The notes below the pieces were generated by a model. It did no database searches. It was not told the origin of the DNA and worked only from the letters and a program-made list of their open reading frames with translations. From NCBI RefSeq assembly GCF_964213995.1, contig NW_027590498.1:62001-126000 (forward strand): DNA of 64,000 nucleotides, in the 5' to 3' direction. Numbering within the stretch: the first letter of the stretch is position 1; every line of letters starts with the position of its first letter. Shown one piece after another: positions 26,331 to 39,015 of the stretch. A program made the translations under genes and the position numbers. This DNA comes from Mustelus asterias. Taxonomy: Eukaryota.

Positions 26331-26459
26331 CCGATGAAGGGTCATCTGGACTCAAAGCATTGGGTCTATTCTCTCCCCCCAGATGCTGTCCGACCTGCTG
26401 AGATTTTCCACCATATTCTGTTTTTGTTTCACATTCCTGAATCGACAGTATTTTGCTTT
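26331..26459 (+). mobile_element. PLE family 2 end inserted into a minus-strand LINE tail (26065-26550)
   Basis: TSD tatcttctg(c/t)cctt at 26317-26330 and 26460-26473; begins at ccgatga. Confidence 0.75.
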
Positions 26460-27084
26460 TATCTTCTGTCCTTGTCCTTTTAGATGGAAGTGGTCGTGGC
26501 TTTGGAAGGTGCTGCCTAAGGAGCCTTGGTGAATTGCTGCAGTGCATCTTCCTTTAGCAATATACTATATAATCTCTCTGGCTTGTTCCACCAACCAAGA
26601 TCCATACATTATACATTCAGTAGATTCACTTAATACAATTTTACTTTCTTTAATAATTTGATTGATCATTTGTACGTGAGACTTTCGGGCCTGACCATAT
26701 GTTGTAAATGTATGGTTAAGATCCGATCTTCAGAGTGGCTAAATTAATGGTATTAACAACCCTGGTGTTAAAAGCTGTTGCAGCATCATTCATTATACTC
26801 CGTTACCTGTCTGACATTTTGGATATTATTCCCCTTCCTAATGTGGTTTTGGATAACATCCAGATGAAGATGCTGAGGGGGATTGAGCTTCCATCTTAAC
26901 GTCCTCCTGATACAATAGCCATGGTACAGGTGCACTTTTCACTTCTTTTTCATCATTGTCCCAGGTCCGCAGCATATTCTTCACCATGTACGTAACAGTC
27001 CTGATCCTTCTCAGCTTCTTCCGTTATCTGGGACTGTGAGTTTCACCGAGTTATGAGAAAACCATTTGACTTTTTAGTAAAAAC

Positions 27085-27385
27085 GTTTATTATTTTATTT
27101 GTGCCACAAATAGGCTCATATTAACACTGCAATGAAGTTGCTGTGAAAATCCCCTAGTTGCCACACTCCGTGCCTGTTCAGGTACACTGGGGGAGAATTT
27201 AGCATGGCCAATTCATCTAACCAGCACGTCTTTCGGACTGTGGGAGGAAACTGGAGCACCCGGAGGAAATCCACGCAGACACGCGGTGAACGTGCAAACT
27301 CCGCATAGATAGTACCCAAGCCAGGAATTGAACCCGGGTCCCTGGCGCTGTGAGGCAGCAATGCTAACCACTGTGCCCCACCATG
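27085..27385 (-). mobile_element. V-SINE variant with alternative tail
   Basis: HE1-like head and V-domain with tail aaattctcccccagtgtacc..aacttcattgcagtgttaat. Confidence 0.8.
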
Positions 27386-27586
27386 CCACCCGTTTGCATA
27401 TTCAATACAACTGACCTTATCCATTGTAGTGTATGGTCCCTTATACAGGGGTCCAAACACATCTCCCTTTGCACAATTTCTTACCCTCACTTGGTCTCCA
27501 ATATGACACTCCCGTGGTTCGATGGGGCTAATAGAGACCTACTCCTGATACTCATGAGAACCAGTGGAAGTTCTTCATTCCACTTT

Positions 27587-27928
27587 GGCAGCACGGTAGC
27601 ACAGTGGTTAGCACTGCTGCTTCACAGCTCCAGGGTCCCAGGTTCGATTCCCGGCTCGGGTCACTGTCTGTGTGGAGTTTGCACATTCTCCTCGTGTCTG
27701 CGTGGGTTTCCTCCGGGTGCTCCGGTTTCCTCCCACAGTCCAAAGATGTGCGGGTTAGGTTGATTGGCCAGGTTAAAAATTGCCCCTTAGAATTCTGAGA
27801 TGCGTAGGTTAGAGGGATTAGCGGGTAAATATGTGGGGGTAGGGCCTGGTTGGGATTGTGGTCGGTGCAGACTCGATGGGCCGAATGGCCTCCTTCTGCA
27901 CTGTAGGGTTTCTATGTTTCTATGTTTC
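27587..27928 (+). mobile_element. HE1-type V-SINE (young, CpG-retaining)
   Basis: Consensus sequence with (tttctatg)n tail. Confidence 0.9.
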
Positions 27929-29116
27929 TTTGTGCTGTTCCATCCAGTTATTTTCTGAGAATGAGCTTCATGTGCGGTTCATTCTTTCGACAATTCCCAG
28001 CAATTGGTGTGAGCGACTTGCCATCTCCCTCCTTTCAATTTTCCAATTAAACAAAAGCACGGAGGAACAAACTGTTCTCTGGGGCATTCCACATTGCAAT
28101 GACTCCGCCAAAGTCAACTTCCCAACCCATCAGCAACCTCTTTACGTACAGAATAAATTGTTGTTCCCTTTGAAATTTGCTATTCTTGTATCTGTCATGT
28201 TAAGTGAAAAAGCTTCTGCAGCATGGCTCATTTTACAGCAATCCTCTGCACTTACAAAGCGACTATTTAAGAAGCATCGTAAAGAAGGAGAAAGAGGGAG
28301 AGAGGCTTATGGAGGGATTTCCAGAGCTTACAGGTGATGACGCTGAAAGCACTGCCACCATCGGTGGAGCAAATGAAATATGGTCACTACAAGAGGCCAG
28401 AATTGGAAATGATCTGATGTTTGAGAGTTGTGGGGCTGGAGAAGATTACAAAGATAGGGACGGGCGAGGCCATACAGTGATTGAAAATAAGGATCAAAAC
28501 TTTAAAACAAGGTGCTGCTTAACCAGGGGCTGATGCAGGAGTGATGTGGTTGTTATTTTGGGGGGAGTGGGGGGAGATGACAACAGATTTAAAGGAAAGA
28601 GGGACAATACCTGAAGAAAGAAGCGAACCATTAACAATGTAAGCTCACATGGGGATGTTGTGTAGTCAGCAGTTCAGCGAGAATAGGATAGAAGGAACAG
28701 GAAGTGGGTCTTGAGGGCAGAGGTCATGAGGGGAGGTGGGAGAATCGAGAGAAAGATACAGATGCAGGACTCAGATGAGGGGTATTTTAGCTCGGTGGGC
28801 TAGTGCATGGGATGGACACGGCAGAAGCAACTGTCACTAAGATTGAGATCTTCCAATCAAAGAAGATCCATGAGTTCCTCTCACTTGGAGGTGAGGATGG
28901 AGCAGATAGAAAGACGGAGAATCCTTCAGAAGGAATTAACTTGTGTCAGATATTCAGGCAACTCACATTGTTTAACACAAAGCCAGTTTATTTGACTTTT
29001 AGCCAGGAGATTAGCACTTGTATAACTGGACTGGAGGTTAGTAACATCAGCAAAAACAGACCACAAATGAACACAGTTCAATCCTGGATGTGATTAATAA
29101 TATCCAATCATTGCAA

Positions 29117-29818
29117 TTACTTGTGACCTCGCTGGTGTTTCAACATATGGAATGAATGAGCAAATTTCTTCTTACAGACAGTGCAAGTGAATGGTTTCTC
29201 CCCAGAGTGAACCCGTTCGTGTAACCGAAGATGGGGTGACTGAGTGAATTTCTTCCCACACTGGGAGCAGGTGTACGGCCTCTCCCCAGTGTGAGTGCGC
29301 TGGTGGAGAGAGGGTTGATACGAACGCTTGAACCCAGCCTCACAGTGAGAGCACCTGAACGGTCTTTCATCAGAGTGAATGAGCTGATGGCTCATCAGTT
29401 CCCTCGAACTTTTAAAGCATTTCCCGCATTCTGCGCATTTGAAAGGTCTTTCGTCCGTATGAACCTGCTTGTGTCTCAGCAGGATAGATGAACTAGTAAA
29501 TCCCTTCTCACACACTGAGCAAGTGAATGGTCTCTCCCTCGTGTGAACGCGCTGGTGTTGGTGCAGATGCGCATTGCGATTAAATCCCTTCCCACACTCG
29601 GAGCAGCTAAACAGCTTTTCCCTGGTGTGACAGAGTCTATGCATTTCCAGATCAGATGGGAAATTAAATTCCTTCCCACAGTCCCCACATTTACACAACT
29701 TCTTTCCAGTGTGACTGCGTTTGTGTTTCGACAGGCCAGATGATCGACTGTAGCCTTGTCCACACACAGCACACATAAACGGTTTCTCTCCACTGTGAAT
29801 GGTGCTTTTTTCATCCAT
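29117..29818 (-). CDS. C2H2 zinc-finger protein (8 fingers)
   Basis: aacATGg start, [14 protein letters not shown], 8 CxxC-H-H units, ends HQRGHK*. Confidence 0.85.
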   Translation of the reverse strand: MDEKSTIHSGEKPFMCAVCGQGYSRSSGLSKHKRSHTGKKLCKCGDCGKEFNFPSDLEMHRLCHTREKLFSCSECGKGFNRNAHLHQHQRVHTRERPFTCSVCEKGFTSSSILLRHKQVHTDERPFKCAECGKCFKSSRELMSHQLIHSDERPFRCSHCEAGFKRSYQPSLHQRTHTGERPYTCSQCGKKFTQSPHLRLHERVHSGEKPFTCTVCKKKFAHSFHMLKHQRGHK

Positions 29819-30359
29819 GTTCAAAGTAAAATGATAGTCGGGTTACGATAAATTGGGTAATTCTGTCAGATTCTGCTGTGGGTTTGAATGTCCCGGCTGC
29901 ATATCCTTCTCTTCAAATATTCTGAGAGATTTAAAACAGAAAAAAAGAGAGAGTGAGAAAACCCACAAGATCACAAAGGCAGTTTGTAAAATTGAACGGA
30001 ATGGATCTGCTGGTTTATGGAACCAACATGAGGGCAGGAAACTTGCCACAGCAATGGGATGAGAGAGAAAGAGGTGAGAGAGGCAGAGCGAAGTAGAGAT
30101 TTTTTATAGATGTACAACTTGACAGGAACTGTGACAGAATCTCCCAAACCCTCAATCTCCGCAGTCTAGAATGACTAGGGGAAGCAGCCATATGTGAACA
30201 TCACCTCCAAGCTGCCCTTCACATCAGCCTGATGTTTAATTTGTCTGACACCAGTCCTCCAATAATAAACTGGGAAATCTGAAGACATTGTCCAATTCCT
30301 GGCTGCTGACTTTTCCTCACAACTGTGGCAGAACCAATCTGTATCATTGTGTTTTGTTT

Positions 30360-30587
30360 TAATTAATGGGATGTGAGCATTGCTGGCTGGGCCGATGTTA
30401 ATTGTCCATCCCTAACCATATTGCCAAATAAGGATGGCAGATTTCCTTTCCTAAAGGATTTTAGTGAACCAAGATGGGTTTCTACAATTGTCATTAGCCT
30501 TTTAAAATTTTATTTTCATTGAATTCAAATGGCTCCCAGATCTTGACCTGGGTCTCCTGGCTCCTCGTCCAGCGACAATGCCATTAC
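30360..30587 (-). mobile_element. tRNA-derived SINE (third family), degraded
   Basis: Reverse complement of the family at 30588-30960. Confidence 0.6.
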
Positions 30588-30960
30588 GGGGAGTTGATGG
30601 CCAAGTGGTCTTGTCACTGGACTATTTAATCCAGAAACTCAGCCAATGTTCTGGGGACCCAGGTTCGAATCCCACCACAGCAAGTTGCTCTCACTGCCCT
30701 CTCTCCCTCTCTCCCACCATGGCAAGTGGGGGAATTTGAATTCAATAAACAAAGAATTAGCTGGAATTAAGAATCTACCGATGACCATGTAACCATTGTT
30801 GTAAAAGCCTATTTGGAAATCTGCCATCCTTACTCCGTCTGGCCTACCCATGACTCCAGAGCTACAGCTATGTGCTTGACTCTCAACTGCCCTCAGGCAA
30901 TTAGGGATGGGCAATAAATGCTGGTCAGCCAGCAGTGACCACGTCCCATGAATGAATAAT
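30588..30960 (+). mobile_element. tRNA-derived SINE (third family)
   Basis: A box tggccaagtgg, B box ggttcgaatccc, LINE-like tail ttagggatgggcaataaatgctgg. Confidence 0.8.
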
Positions 30961-31544
30961 AACACCACCACCTTCCCTCAGACTGGACCCCAAGATGAGT
31001 TTCTGACCACATTTCCATGTCATCATTAGAATCCTATTTTGGTCAGAGTATCATCAAACTTCACCTTTGCCTCATCTCATTGTCCACTGAAACCCTCATC
31101 TTACCCTCACAAGCTTCTGGTTAAGACACCACCTTAATGTTTGAAATGATTTTTCAAATCTCTTCATGGCCTTGACTCTCATGATCTCTATAATCTCCTC
31201 CAGATGCACAATGCTGACATATCGCCACTCCTCTAATTCTGGTCTCCTCGCTCTCGACAGCTGTCCACCTCCCTTTCCTCTTTAAAATCTACTTCTTTGA
31301 CCAAGCTTTTAGATATCTGCCCAAATATTTCCTAACGTGACTGATTGTTAATTGCTGGAAATACTCAACAGGCCGAGTACTAACTGTGGCGAGAAAAAGA
31401 GACAGAATGAACAATTCAGGAAGGTACTGCAGAATGAAATTTGAAGAATAAAAATGGTGCAGGATTTGATGGTCAATAAACTCAGAAGTGGAAGAGAAAT
31501 TGACTAGAGTACAGGAAAAAGAAATGCCCTGATGCTGAAAGATG

Positions 31545-31846
31545 CACGGTGGCACAGTGGTTAGCACTGCTGCCTCACAGCACCAGGGACCCGGGTTGAA
31601 TTCCAGCCTTGGGTGACTGTCAGTGTGGTGTTTGCACATTCTCCCTGTGCTGGCATGGGTTTCCTCCCACTCCAGAAATGTGCAGGTTAGGTGGATTGGT
31701 CAAGCTAAATTGCCCATTACTGTCAGAGGGGTTAACAGGGTAAATATGTGAGGTTACGGGGATAGGGCCAGGGTGGGATTATTGCAGGTGCAAACCTGAT
31801 GGACTGAATGACCTCCTTCTGCACTGTAGGTATTCCATGATTCTAT
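31545..31846 (+). mobile_element. HE1-type V-SINE
   Basis: Consensus head and tail. Confidence 0.85.
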
Positions 31847-31889
31847 GCTGTGGGAAGATAAAGCTAGTAATTTTTTTAAAAAGTCATTC

Positions 31890-32148
31890 ACAGGAGAAGG
31901 ACTGGCCCATCCCTAATTGCCCTTGGACTGAGTAGCTTGCTGAGCCATTTCAGAAGGCAGATAAGAGTCAGCCACATTGCTGAAAGTCTGGAGTCACATG
32001 TAGGCCAGGCCAGGTAAGGACAGCAGATTTTCTTCCCTAAAGGGTATTAGTGAACCAGATAGGCTTTTAACAACAATCGACAATGGTTTCATGGTCATCA
32101 GTAAACACTAAATTCCAGATTTTTTGACTGCATTTAAATTTCACCATC
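31890..32148 (-). mobile_element. Third-family SINE
   Basis: gcccatccctaattgccc..gtaggccag..agtgaaccagat. Confidence 0.7.
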
Positions 32149-32519
32149 AATACACAGTCTGGGGAGAGACAGCAGTTGAAACTTCATTTAGACAATGTAA
32201 CGGTAAAATATTAAACACAGTTAAAACACACCCAGCATTAGAGACAGAGGGAAGTTAGACAATGACAGAAAGGTGATCAGGGAGGGCAGAGGTAAAACTG
32301 AGCAATGGATGGACATGGATTCAGATCCACAGTAAAGAAGTCAGACCAGCCACACGTGGAACCTCTCTCAGATAACAGAACACACCACTAAAAACTTTGA
32401 ATTTCAGAGGAATGGTCACAAGCACTCGCCTCTGAAACAATGCCGCTGTTTTAAAGATAAATCTGCTTCTGGGAGCTGCAGCTGGAAAGATCAGAAACCA
32501 GAGAGAGAGATTTCAAAAC

Positions 32520-32700
32520 TCCCGCCACTGTGGGAACCCCGGAAGTGGGCGTGATGACACCACAATGGTGAGTGCGTGATGGCGTCACCGCATAGTTGCG
32601 ACTGCGCGATTAGCTCAGAATCTGCACGTGCGCAAACACGTTGACAGGCCGTTCCAAGGGAAACTGCGCTTGCGCTGGCAGTGCAGATGCACAGTCTTGC
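32520..32700. promoter_or_regulatory. CpG-rich promoter candidate for ZNF 29117-29818
   Basis: ETS/GABPA ccggaagtg, NRF1-like tgcacgtgcgca and tgcgcttgcgc, local CpG cluster. Confidence 0.5.
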
Positions 32701-32822
32701 AGTTGGATGTTGGGACATGTTGTGTCTGAACAAAGGAGAGTGAATCACCCAACAAACCCTCAACATGATCAGAACCACTTCACTCAGGTTCATTCACTGC
32801 AGTCCAGCTTGTATTTTCATAT

Positions 32823-32908
32823 CACCTGATGAAGCAGCAGCGCTCGAAAGCTCATGGTTCCAGATAAACCTGTTGGACTCTAACCTGGTGTTGTGAGACT
32901 TCTTACTA
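32823..32908 (+). mobile_element. PLE family 1 end starting at the hammerhead motif
   Basis: cac-CTGATGA-agcagcagcgctc-GAAA-gc-tc-atg then ataaacctgttggact..ctggtgttgtgagacttcttac. Confidence 0.75.
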
Positions 32909-32949
32909 TTTTTATATCATAAGTGCCTGTTCCCCACATCCCTCCACCA

Positions 32950-33250
32950 GGGGCAGCACGGTGGTTAGTACTGGTGCCTCACAGCACCAGGGACCCAGGT
33001 TCAATTTCCGGCTTGGGTTACTTTCTATGCAGAGTCTGCATCTTCTCCCCGGGTCTGTGTAGGTTTTCTCCAGGTGCTCCGGTTTCTTCCCACTGTCCAA
33101 AAGACATGCTGGTTAGGTGCATTGGCCATGCTAAATTCTCCCTCAGTGTACCCGAACAGGTGCCGGAGTGTGGTGACTAGGGGATTTTAACAGTAATTTC
33201 ATTGCAGTGTTAAAGTAAGCCCACTTGTGACTAATAAAAAAAATACTTTT
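32950..33250 (+). mobile_element. V-SINE variant with alternative tail
   Basis: Same family as 27085-27385. Confidence 0.8.
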
Positions 33251-33339
33251 ACTTTACCTTCGAATATTCAATCTTTCAAAGTTTATCTTATCCTCTGTGT
33301 CTTCAATTCTTCCGGGTTAATCATTGTAACAATTCTCTG

Positions 33340-33522
33340 TTTTGATTTGATTTATTGTCACATTTATTGGGATACAGTGAAAGTATTGTGTCTGAACAGC
33401 GTGCAAGAAAATAAATACTGTTCATAGAGTACATAGCGGAGAAGGAAAGGCTGCAGAATATAATGTTGCACTTACAGATAGGGTCGAGAGAAAGATCTGC
33501 ATTCAAAAGTCTGATGGTGGCA
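33340..33522 (-). mobile_element. Rex1-like LINE tail
   Basis: tttgatttgatttattgtcaca... Confidence 0.7.
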
Positions 33523-35152
33523 AAGAACAATACAGCACAGGAACAGGCCCTTCGGCCCTCCAAGCCCGCGCTGCTCCCTGGTCCAAACTAGACCATTCTT
33601 TTGTATCCCTCCATTCCCACTCCGTTCATATGGCTATCTAGATAAGTCTTAAATGTTCCCAGTGTGTCCGCCTCCACCACCTTGCCTGGCAGCGCATTCC
33701 AGGCCCCCACCACCCTCTGTGTAAAATATGTCCGTCTGATATCTGTGTTAAACCTCCCCCCTTTCACCTTGAACCTATGACTCCTCATGAATGTCACCAC
33801 CGACCTGGGGAAAAGCTTCCCACCGTTCACCCTATCTATGCCTTTCATAATCTTATACACCTCTATAAAGTCTCCCCTCATCCTCCGTCTTTCCAGGGAG
33901 AACAACCCCAGTTTACCCAATCTCTCCTCATAACTAAGCCCCTCCATACCAGGCAACATCCTGGTAAACCTCCTCTGTACTCTCTCCAAAGCCTCCACGT
34001 CCTTCTGGTAGTGTGGCGACCAGAACTGGACGCATATTCCAAATGCGGCCGAACCAACGTTCTATACATCTGCAACATCAGACCCCAACTTTTATACTCT
34101 ATGCCCCGTCCTATAAAGGCAAGCATGCCATATGCCTTCTTGACCACCTTCTCCACCTGTGACGTCACCTTCAAGGATCTGTGGACTTGCACACCCAGGT
34201 CCCTCTGCGTATCTACACCCTTTATGGTTCTGCCATTTATCGTATAGCTCCTCCCTACATAAATTCATAATGCTAAAGTGCAAAGGGACTTGGGAGTCCT
34301 AGTCCAGGATTCTCTAAAGGTAAACTTGCAGGTTGAGTCCGTAATTAAGAAAGCAAATGTAATGTTGTCATTTATCTCAAGAGGCTTGGAATACAAAAGC
34401 AGGGATGTACTTCTGAGGCTTTATAAAGCACTGGTTAGGCCCCATTTGGAGTACTGTGAGCAATTTTGGGCCCCACACCTCAGGAAGGACATACTGGCAC
34501 TGGAGCGGGTCCAGCGGAGATTCACACGGATGATCCCAGGAATGGTAGGCCTGACATACGATGAACGTCTGAGGATCGTGGGATTATATTCATTGGAGTT
34601 TAGGAGGTTGAGGGGAGATCTGATAGAAACTTACAAGATAATGAACGGCTTAGATAGGATGGACGTAGGGAAGTTGTTTCCATTAACAGGGGAGACTAGG
34701 ACGCGGGGGCACAGCCTTAGAATAAAAGGGAGTCACTTTAGAACAGAGATGAGGAGAAATTTCTTCAGCCAGAGAGTGGTGGGTCTGTGGAATTCATTGC
34801 CACAGAGGGCTGTGGAGGCCGAGACGTTGAGCGTCTTCAAGACAGAAATTGATAAATTCTTGATTTCTCGAGGAATTAAGGGCTATGGGGAGAGAGCGGG
34901 TAAATGGAGTTGAAATCAACCATGATTGAATGGTGGAGTGGACTCGATGGGCCGAATGGCCTTACTTCCGCTCCTATGTCTTATGGTCTTATGGTCTTAT
35001 TATTTCTACCAAAATGCATCACTTCGCATTCATCAGGATTGAACTCCATCTGCCATTTCTTTGCCCAAATTTCCAGCCTATCTATATCCTTCTGTAGCTT
35101 CTGACAATGCTCCTCACTATCTGCAAGTCCTGCCAATTTTGTGTTGTCCGCA
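33523..35152 (-). mobile_element. CR1 family A 3' portion, interrupted by CR1-B
   Basis: Reverse complement of about 1900-2864; ORF 33588-33998 ends EGYKRMV. Confidence 0.9.
34261..34998 (+). mobile_element. Young CR1 family B 3' fragment
   Basis: Appears identical to 7271-8000; ORF 34278-34913 has the same protein sequence as the C-terminus of ORF 6472-7923. Confidence 0.95.
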
Positions 35153-36068
35153 AACAGGGAAGAAGCTGTTCTTGAGTCCGCTAGTACATCATCTCACCTT
35201 TAAAAAAATGATCTCAACTTTAAACTTTAACCTGGCTTTACATGTCCAGATTCAGCACCAATCCAGGATTAAGTTATAACCATAACCTTTTCTTCATGGG
35301 ATAGGAAATTGTGAATTTCTTGTTATAAACCATTCCTGAAATGCTGCTGGTCCTGGAATGTAAAAGGGAAATTTGTGCTGATCTAGATTAAAGGGAACTG
35401 ACCAAAATCAGTTGATCCTTTCAATTAGGTAAATATGGAAAAATGATTTCCTCTGGTGGGGAATCAAGAACAAGGGAACATTGTGTGAAAGATTGGAGCT
35501 CAGAGTGAAATCGGGCAGTAATTCTTCAACTGTGACGAAAAGTCAAAGGACCTGAAACCTTAACTCTGCTTTCTCTCTTGATAAATATGGGCAGACACGC
35601 TGAGTTTTTCCAGTTCTTGTAGCAATTCCACATGGAAATAGAAAACAAAGGGTGGAAAATCAGATTTAGGAGAATGATTCCAGGAATGAGAAACTTCAGT
35701 GATGAAGACAGATTGGAGAATTTGGGACTCTTTCACTTGGAGAAAAGACTGAGAGGAGATTTGATAGAAACATTCAAAATCATGGCGTGCAGAAGAGATT
35801 CACTGAGACAATCACAGGGAATAGAGGCTTTAGTTATCAGAAAAGATTCTAGAAACTGGGGCTCTTTTCACGAGAACTGATTGAAAATCTGGGGATGGGT
35901 TCAAAATTTTATCAGGCAAATGAGAAAAAACTATTTCCCAAGTCGATGAGTCAGCAACTAACAGACATCAGATTTAAATCATCACCAAAAGACTCAGAGC
36001 CAAGGATGAAATATTGAACAGATTGTACAACATTGAATTGGACTCTCACTGTCCCTGTGGATTTGTGA

Positions 36069-36273
36069 TGTGGAGTTGCTGGTGTTGGACTGGGGTAGGC
36101 ACAGTAAGTAGTCTCACAACACCAGGTTAAAGTCCAATGGGTTTATTTGGTAGCATGAGCTTTTGGAGCGCTGCTCCTTCATAACGCACTCACCTGATGA
36201 AGGAGCGGCGCTCTGAAAGCTCGTGCTACCAAATAAACCTGTTGGACTTTAACCTGGTGTTGTGAGACTACTT
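36069..36273. mobile_element. PLE family 1 fold-back insertion with TSD
   Basis: TSD cctgtggatttgtg on both sides; inverted arms around 36183-36196. Confidence 0.8.
36191..36225 (+). ncRNA. Minimal type I hammerhead ribozyme motif (PLE-associated)
   Basis: cac-CTGATGA-a-ggagc ggc gctct-GAAA-gc-TC-gtg: stem I cac/gtg, stem II ggagc/gctct, palindromic AGCT stem III. Confidence 0.75.
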
Positions 36274-36459
36274 CCTGTGGATTTGTGTCCACACTGTCCC
36301 ATTAAACACTGAGGACAGCTACATGGCTGTGTTACCGACACCTCCTCAGGATATCCAGGCTAAGAGAGACACTCTTGAAGGAATGGGCAGCTGGGACTTG
36401 TCCATGAGGGTAACCAGAGGTTTGAAAACTGAAATAATCCACAGTAATGATGAGGTGTT

Positions 36460-36848
36460 AGTCTTGTCTCAGTGGTTGCTTTCTCATATCTGAGTCAGGA
36501 GGCTGTGTTTTCAAATCCAGAGAATTGAACAGAAATTCCAGGCTGACATTCCACTGCAGTACTGAGGGAGCCCCGCACTGTCAGAGGTCCTGTGTTCCAA
36601 GTGAGACTGAACAGTCAGGCATAAGAGATCCATTGATGCTCTTTCAAAGAGCAGGGGATTTCTCCCCAGAGTCTTGATCAACCTTTATCCCTCAATCAAG
36701 ATCACTCAAATACATTATCTGGATTATATTCTATGGGATCTTGCTGCGCAAATGAGCTGCTGCATTTCCAACACTGTCTGATTGGCCAGAAAAGCTTTGG
36801 AACAACCTGATGTCAGGAAAGGCTCAACACAAATATAAATGTTCCTTC
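36460..36848 (+). mobile_element. DeuSINE (SacSINE1/AmnSINE1-like), old
   Basis: ggctgacattccactgcagtactgagggag..gcactgtcagaggt, aagagcaggggatttctcccc and gattggc..aaagctttgg blocks recalled from the Deu-domain consensus. Confidence 0.7.
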
Positions 36849-37002
36849 AACTGAGAGAAGACCCAGAAATGGAACAGTGGAGAACAGGATTTCAGTTAGT
36901 CTCTTAACAAATACGCAACACACCGGGTGTTTGACACTGAGCTAATTTATTTCACCTGTATTCAGAATCTTAAACTCCAGCTCAGTTCTTCGGATGATTA
37001 AC

Positions 37003-37580
37003 ATAGTCATAGAGGTTTACAGCATGGAAACAGGCCCTTCGGCCCAACTTGTCCATGCTGCCCTTTTTTTTAAACCCCTAAGCTAATCCCAATTGCCTAC
37101 ATTTGGCCCATATCCCTCTATACACATCTTACCCATGTAACTATCTAAATGCTTTTTAAAAGACAAAATTGTACCCGCCTCTACTACTACCTCTGGCAGC
37201 TTGTTCCAGACACTCACCACCCTCTGTATGAAGAAATTGCCCCTCTGGACACTTTTGTATCTCTCCCCTCTCACCTTAAACCTTTGCCCTCTCGTTTTAG
37301 ACTCCCCTACCTTTGGGAAAAGATATTGACTATCCAGCTGATCTGGCCCCTCATTATTTTATAGACCTCTATAAGATCACCCCTCAGCCTCCTACGCTCC
37401 AGAGAAAAAAGTCCCAGTCTATCCAGCCTCTCCTTATAACTCAAACCATCAAGTCCCGGTAGCACCTGAGTAAATCTTTTCTGCACTCTTTCTAGTTTAA
37501 TAATATCCTTTCTATAATAGGGTGACCAGAACCGCACACAGTATTCCAATTGTGGCCTTACCAATGTCTTGTACAACATC
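37003..37580 (-). mobile_element. CR1 3' end
   Basis: ORFs 37307-37621 and 37083-37274; same family as 11845-12392. Confidence 0.9.
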
Positions 37581-37671
37581 AACAGAAACAAACTGAAAAA
37601 GTTAGAATGAACATGGTTCAATCCAGGATGTGATTAACAGCAGCAATAACAGCAGAATCCAATCTCTGCTG

Positions 37672-38166
37672 TTACTTGTGAACCCGCTGGTGTCTCAGTA
37701 GGTGGGATGAATTAGTGAATCTCTTCCCACACAGGGAACAGGTGAATGGCCTCTCCCCTGTGTAAACTTCTTTGTATCTCAGTAGGTGGGATGACTGAAT
37801 GAATCCCTTCCCACATTCGGAGCAGGTGAATGGCCTCTCCCCAGTGTGAACTTGCTGGTGTGTCTGCAGGTTGGATGATTGATCCCTTCCCACACGCAGA
37901 GAAGGTCTCTGCTCAGTGTGAATACGGTGGTGAGTCAGCAAATATGGTTTCCTTTTAAAACTGTTCTCAGAGTCAGAGCAAGTGAAAAGTTTGTTCTCAG
38001 AATGAACAAGATGGTGTGTCTGAAGACAGGATAACTGAGTGAATCCTTTCCCACACCCAGAGCAGGTGAATGGCCGTTCCCCTGTGTGACTGCGTCGATG
38101 AGCTTCCAGATTGGATGGAGAACTGAATCCTTTCCCACAGACCTCACATTTCCACGGTTTCTCCAT
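37672..38166 (-). CDS. C2H2 zinc-finger protein (about 6 fingers, some degenerate; possibly decaying)
   Basis: accATGg start, MEKPWKCEVCG, ends HQRVHK*. Confidence 0.7.
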   Translation of the reverse strand: MEKPWKCEVCGKGFSSPSNLEAHRRSHTGERPFTCSGCGKGFTQLSCLQTHHLVHSENKLFTCSDSENSFKRKPYLLTHHRIHTEQRPSLRVGRDQSSNLQTHQQVHTGERPFTCSECGKGFIQSSHLLRYKEVYTGERPFTCSLCGKRFTNSSHLLRHQRVHK

Positions 38167-38845
38167 GGTGTTGGTATCCGTGTGTCTCTCCAGGTTGGAT
38201 GATCAGTTGAAGCCTCATCCATACACAGAATATCTGTACAGTTTCTTCTCGCTGTGAATGGTGTGATGTTTTTCAGGCTGTGTAACTGGTTAAAGCTCTT
38301 TCCACAGTCAGTTCACTGGAACACTCGCACTCTGGTGTGTGTGTGTCTCAGTGATTTTCCAGTCATACTGATGTTTGAAATCTTTTCCCACAGACAGAAC
38401 AGACCAACATTTCTCCTTCCACATTCAAAGGTCGATAATATTCGGCTCCTGATGAATTGAGTGAATTTTTCAGATATTGAAATGTGTTTCTCGACTGTAA
38501 CTCCCTGTGGGAAAGGTGTTGAAAAAAGCTGTCAATGCAGGGACAAGATAACATTCAGAACAAACATTTCTTTTGGTTTGAGTTTGCTGTGTGTAAATCT
38601 TCCCCTTCTAACCCTCTGTAAGAGGAATTCCCAAAATCCATCACTGTCAGTCCAGGATACAAACTCTGAATTTGGTTATCTGAAGGGGATGAATGATCCG
38701 GGTTACAGGGAGGAGGCAGGGGAATAGCTCTCCATGAATTGCTCGTTCCGAGAGCCAGCACAGACGCAATGGGCCAAATGGCCTCTTTCTGTGCTGTAAC
38801 AATTCTGGGAAATTCACAACATTCCCTCCTCCGAGCCCAGGATGA

Positions 38846-39015
38846 CGACACATTTGATTTGATTTATTATTGTCACATGTGAAAAGTAATGTTTCTTGCG
38901 CGCTGTGCAGACAAAACATACCATTCATCGAGTACATAAGGGAGAAGGAAAGGAGAGAGTGCAGATTACAGTATTTCAGTCATAGTTAGGGTGAAGAGAA
39001 AGATCAGATTAATAT
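38846..39015 (-). mobile_element. Rex1-like LINE tail
   Basis: tttgatttgatttattattgtcacatg..ttcttgcgcgct. Confidence 0.7.

Larger units (their letters stand above)
26560..28240 (-). mobile_element. Degraded LTR/ERV relic: integrase plus possible env remnant
   Basis: Minus strand gives GIVERMNRT-KLILRK, KWNEELPLVLMSIRS and GDQVRVRN..FGPLYKGPY (GPY/F motif); further 3' gives RSIMNDAATAFNT..VNTINLATL. Interrupted by two SINEs. Confidence 0.7.

Noticed and set aside
30588-30690. tRNA gene
   Set aside because: A and B boxes are present but run into a SINE body and LINE-like tail; no convincing cloverleaf. The same applies to the HE1 heads.
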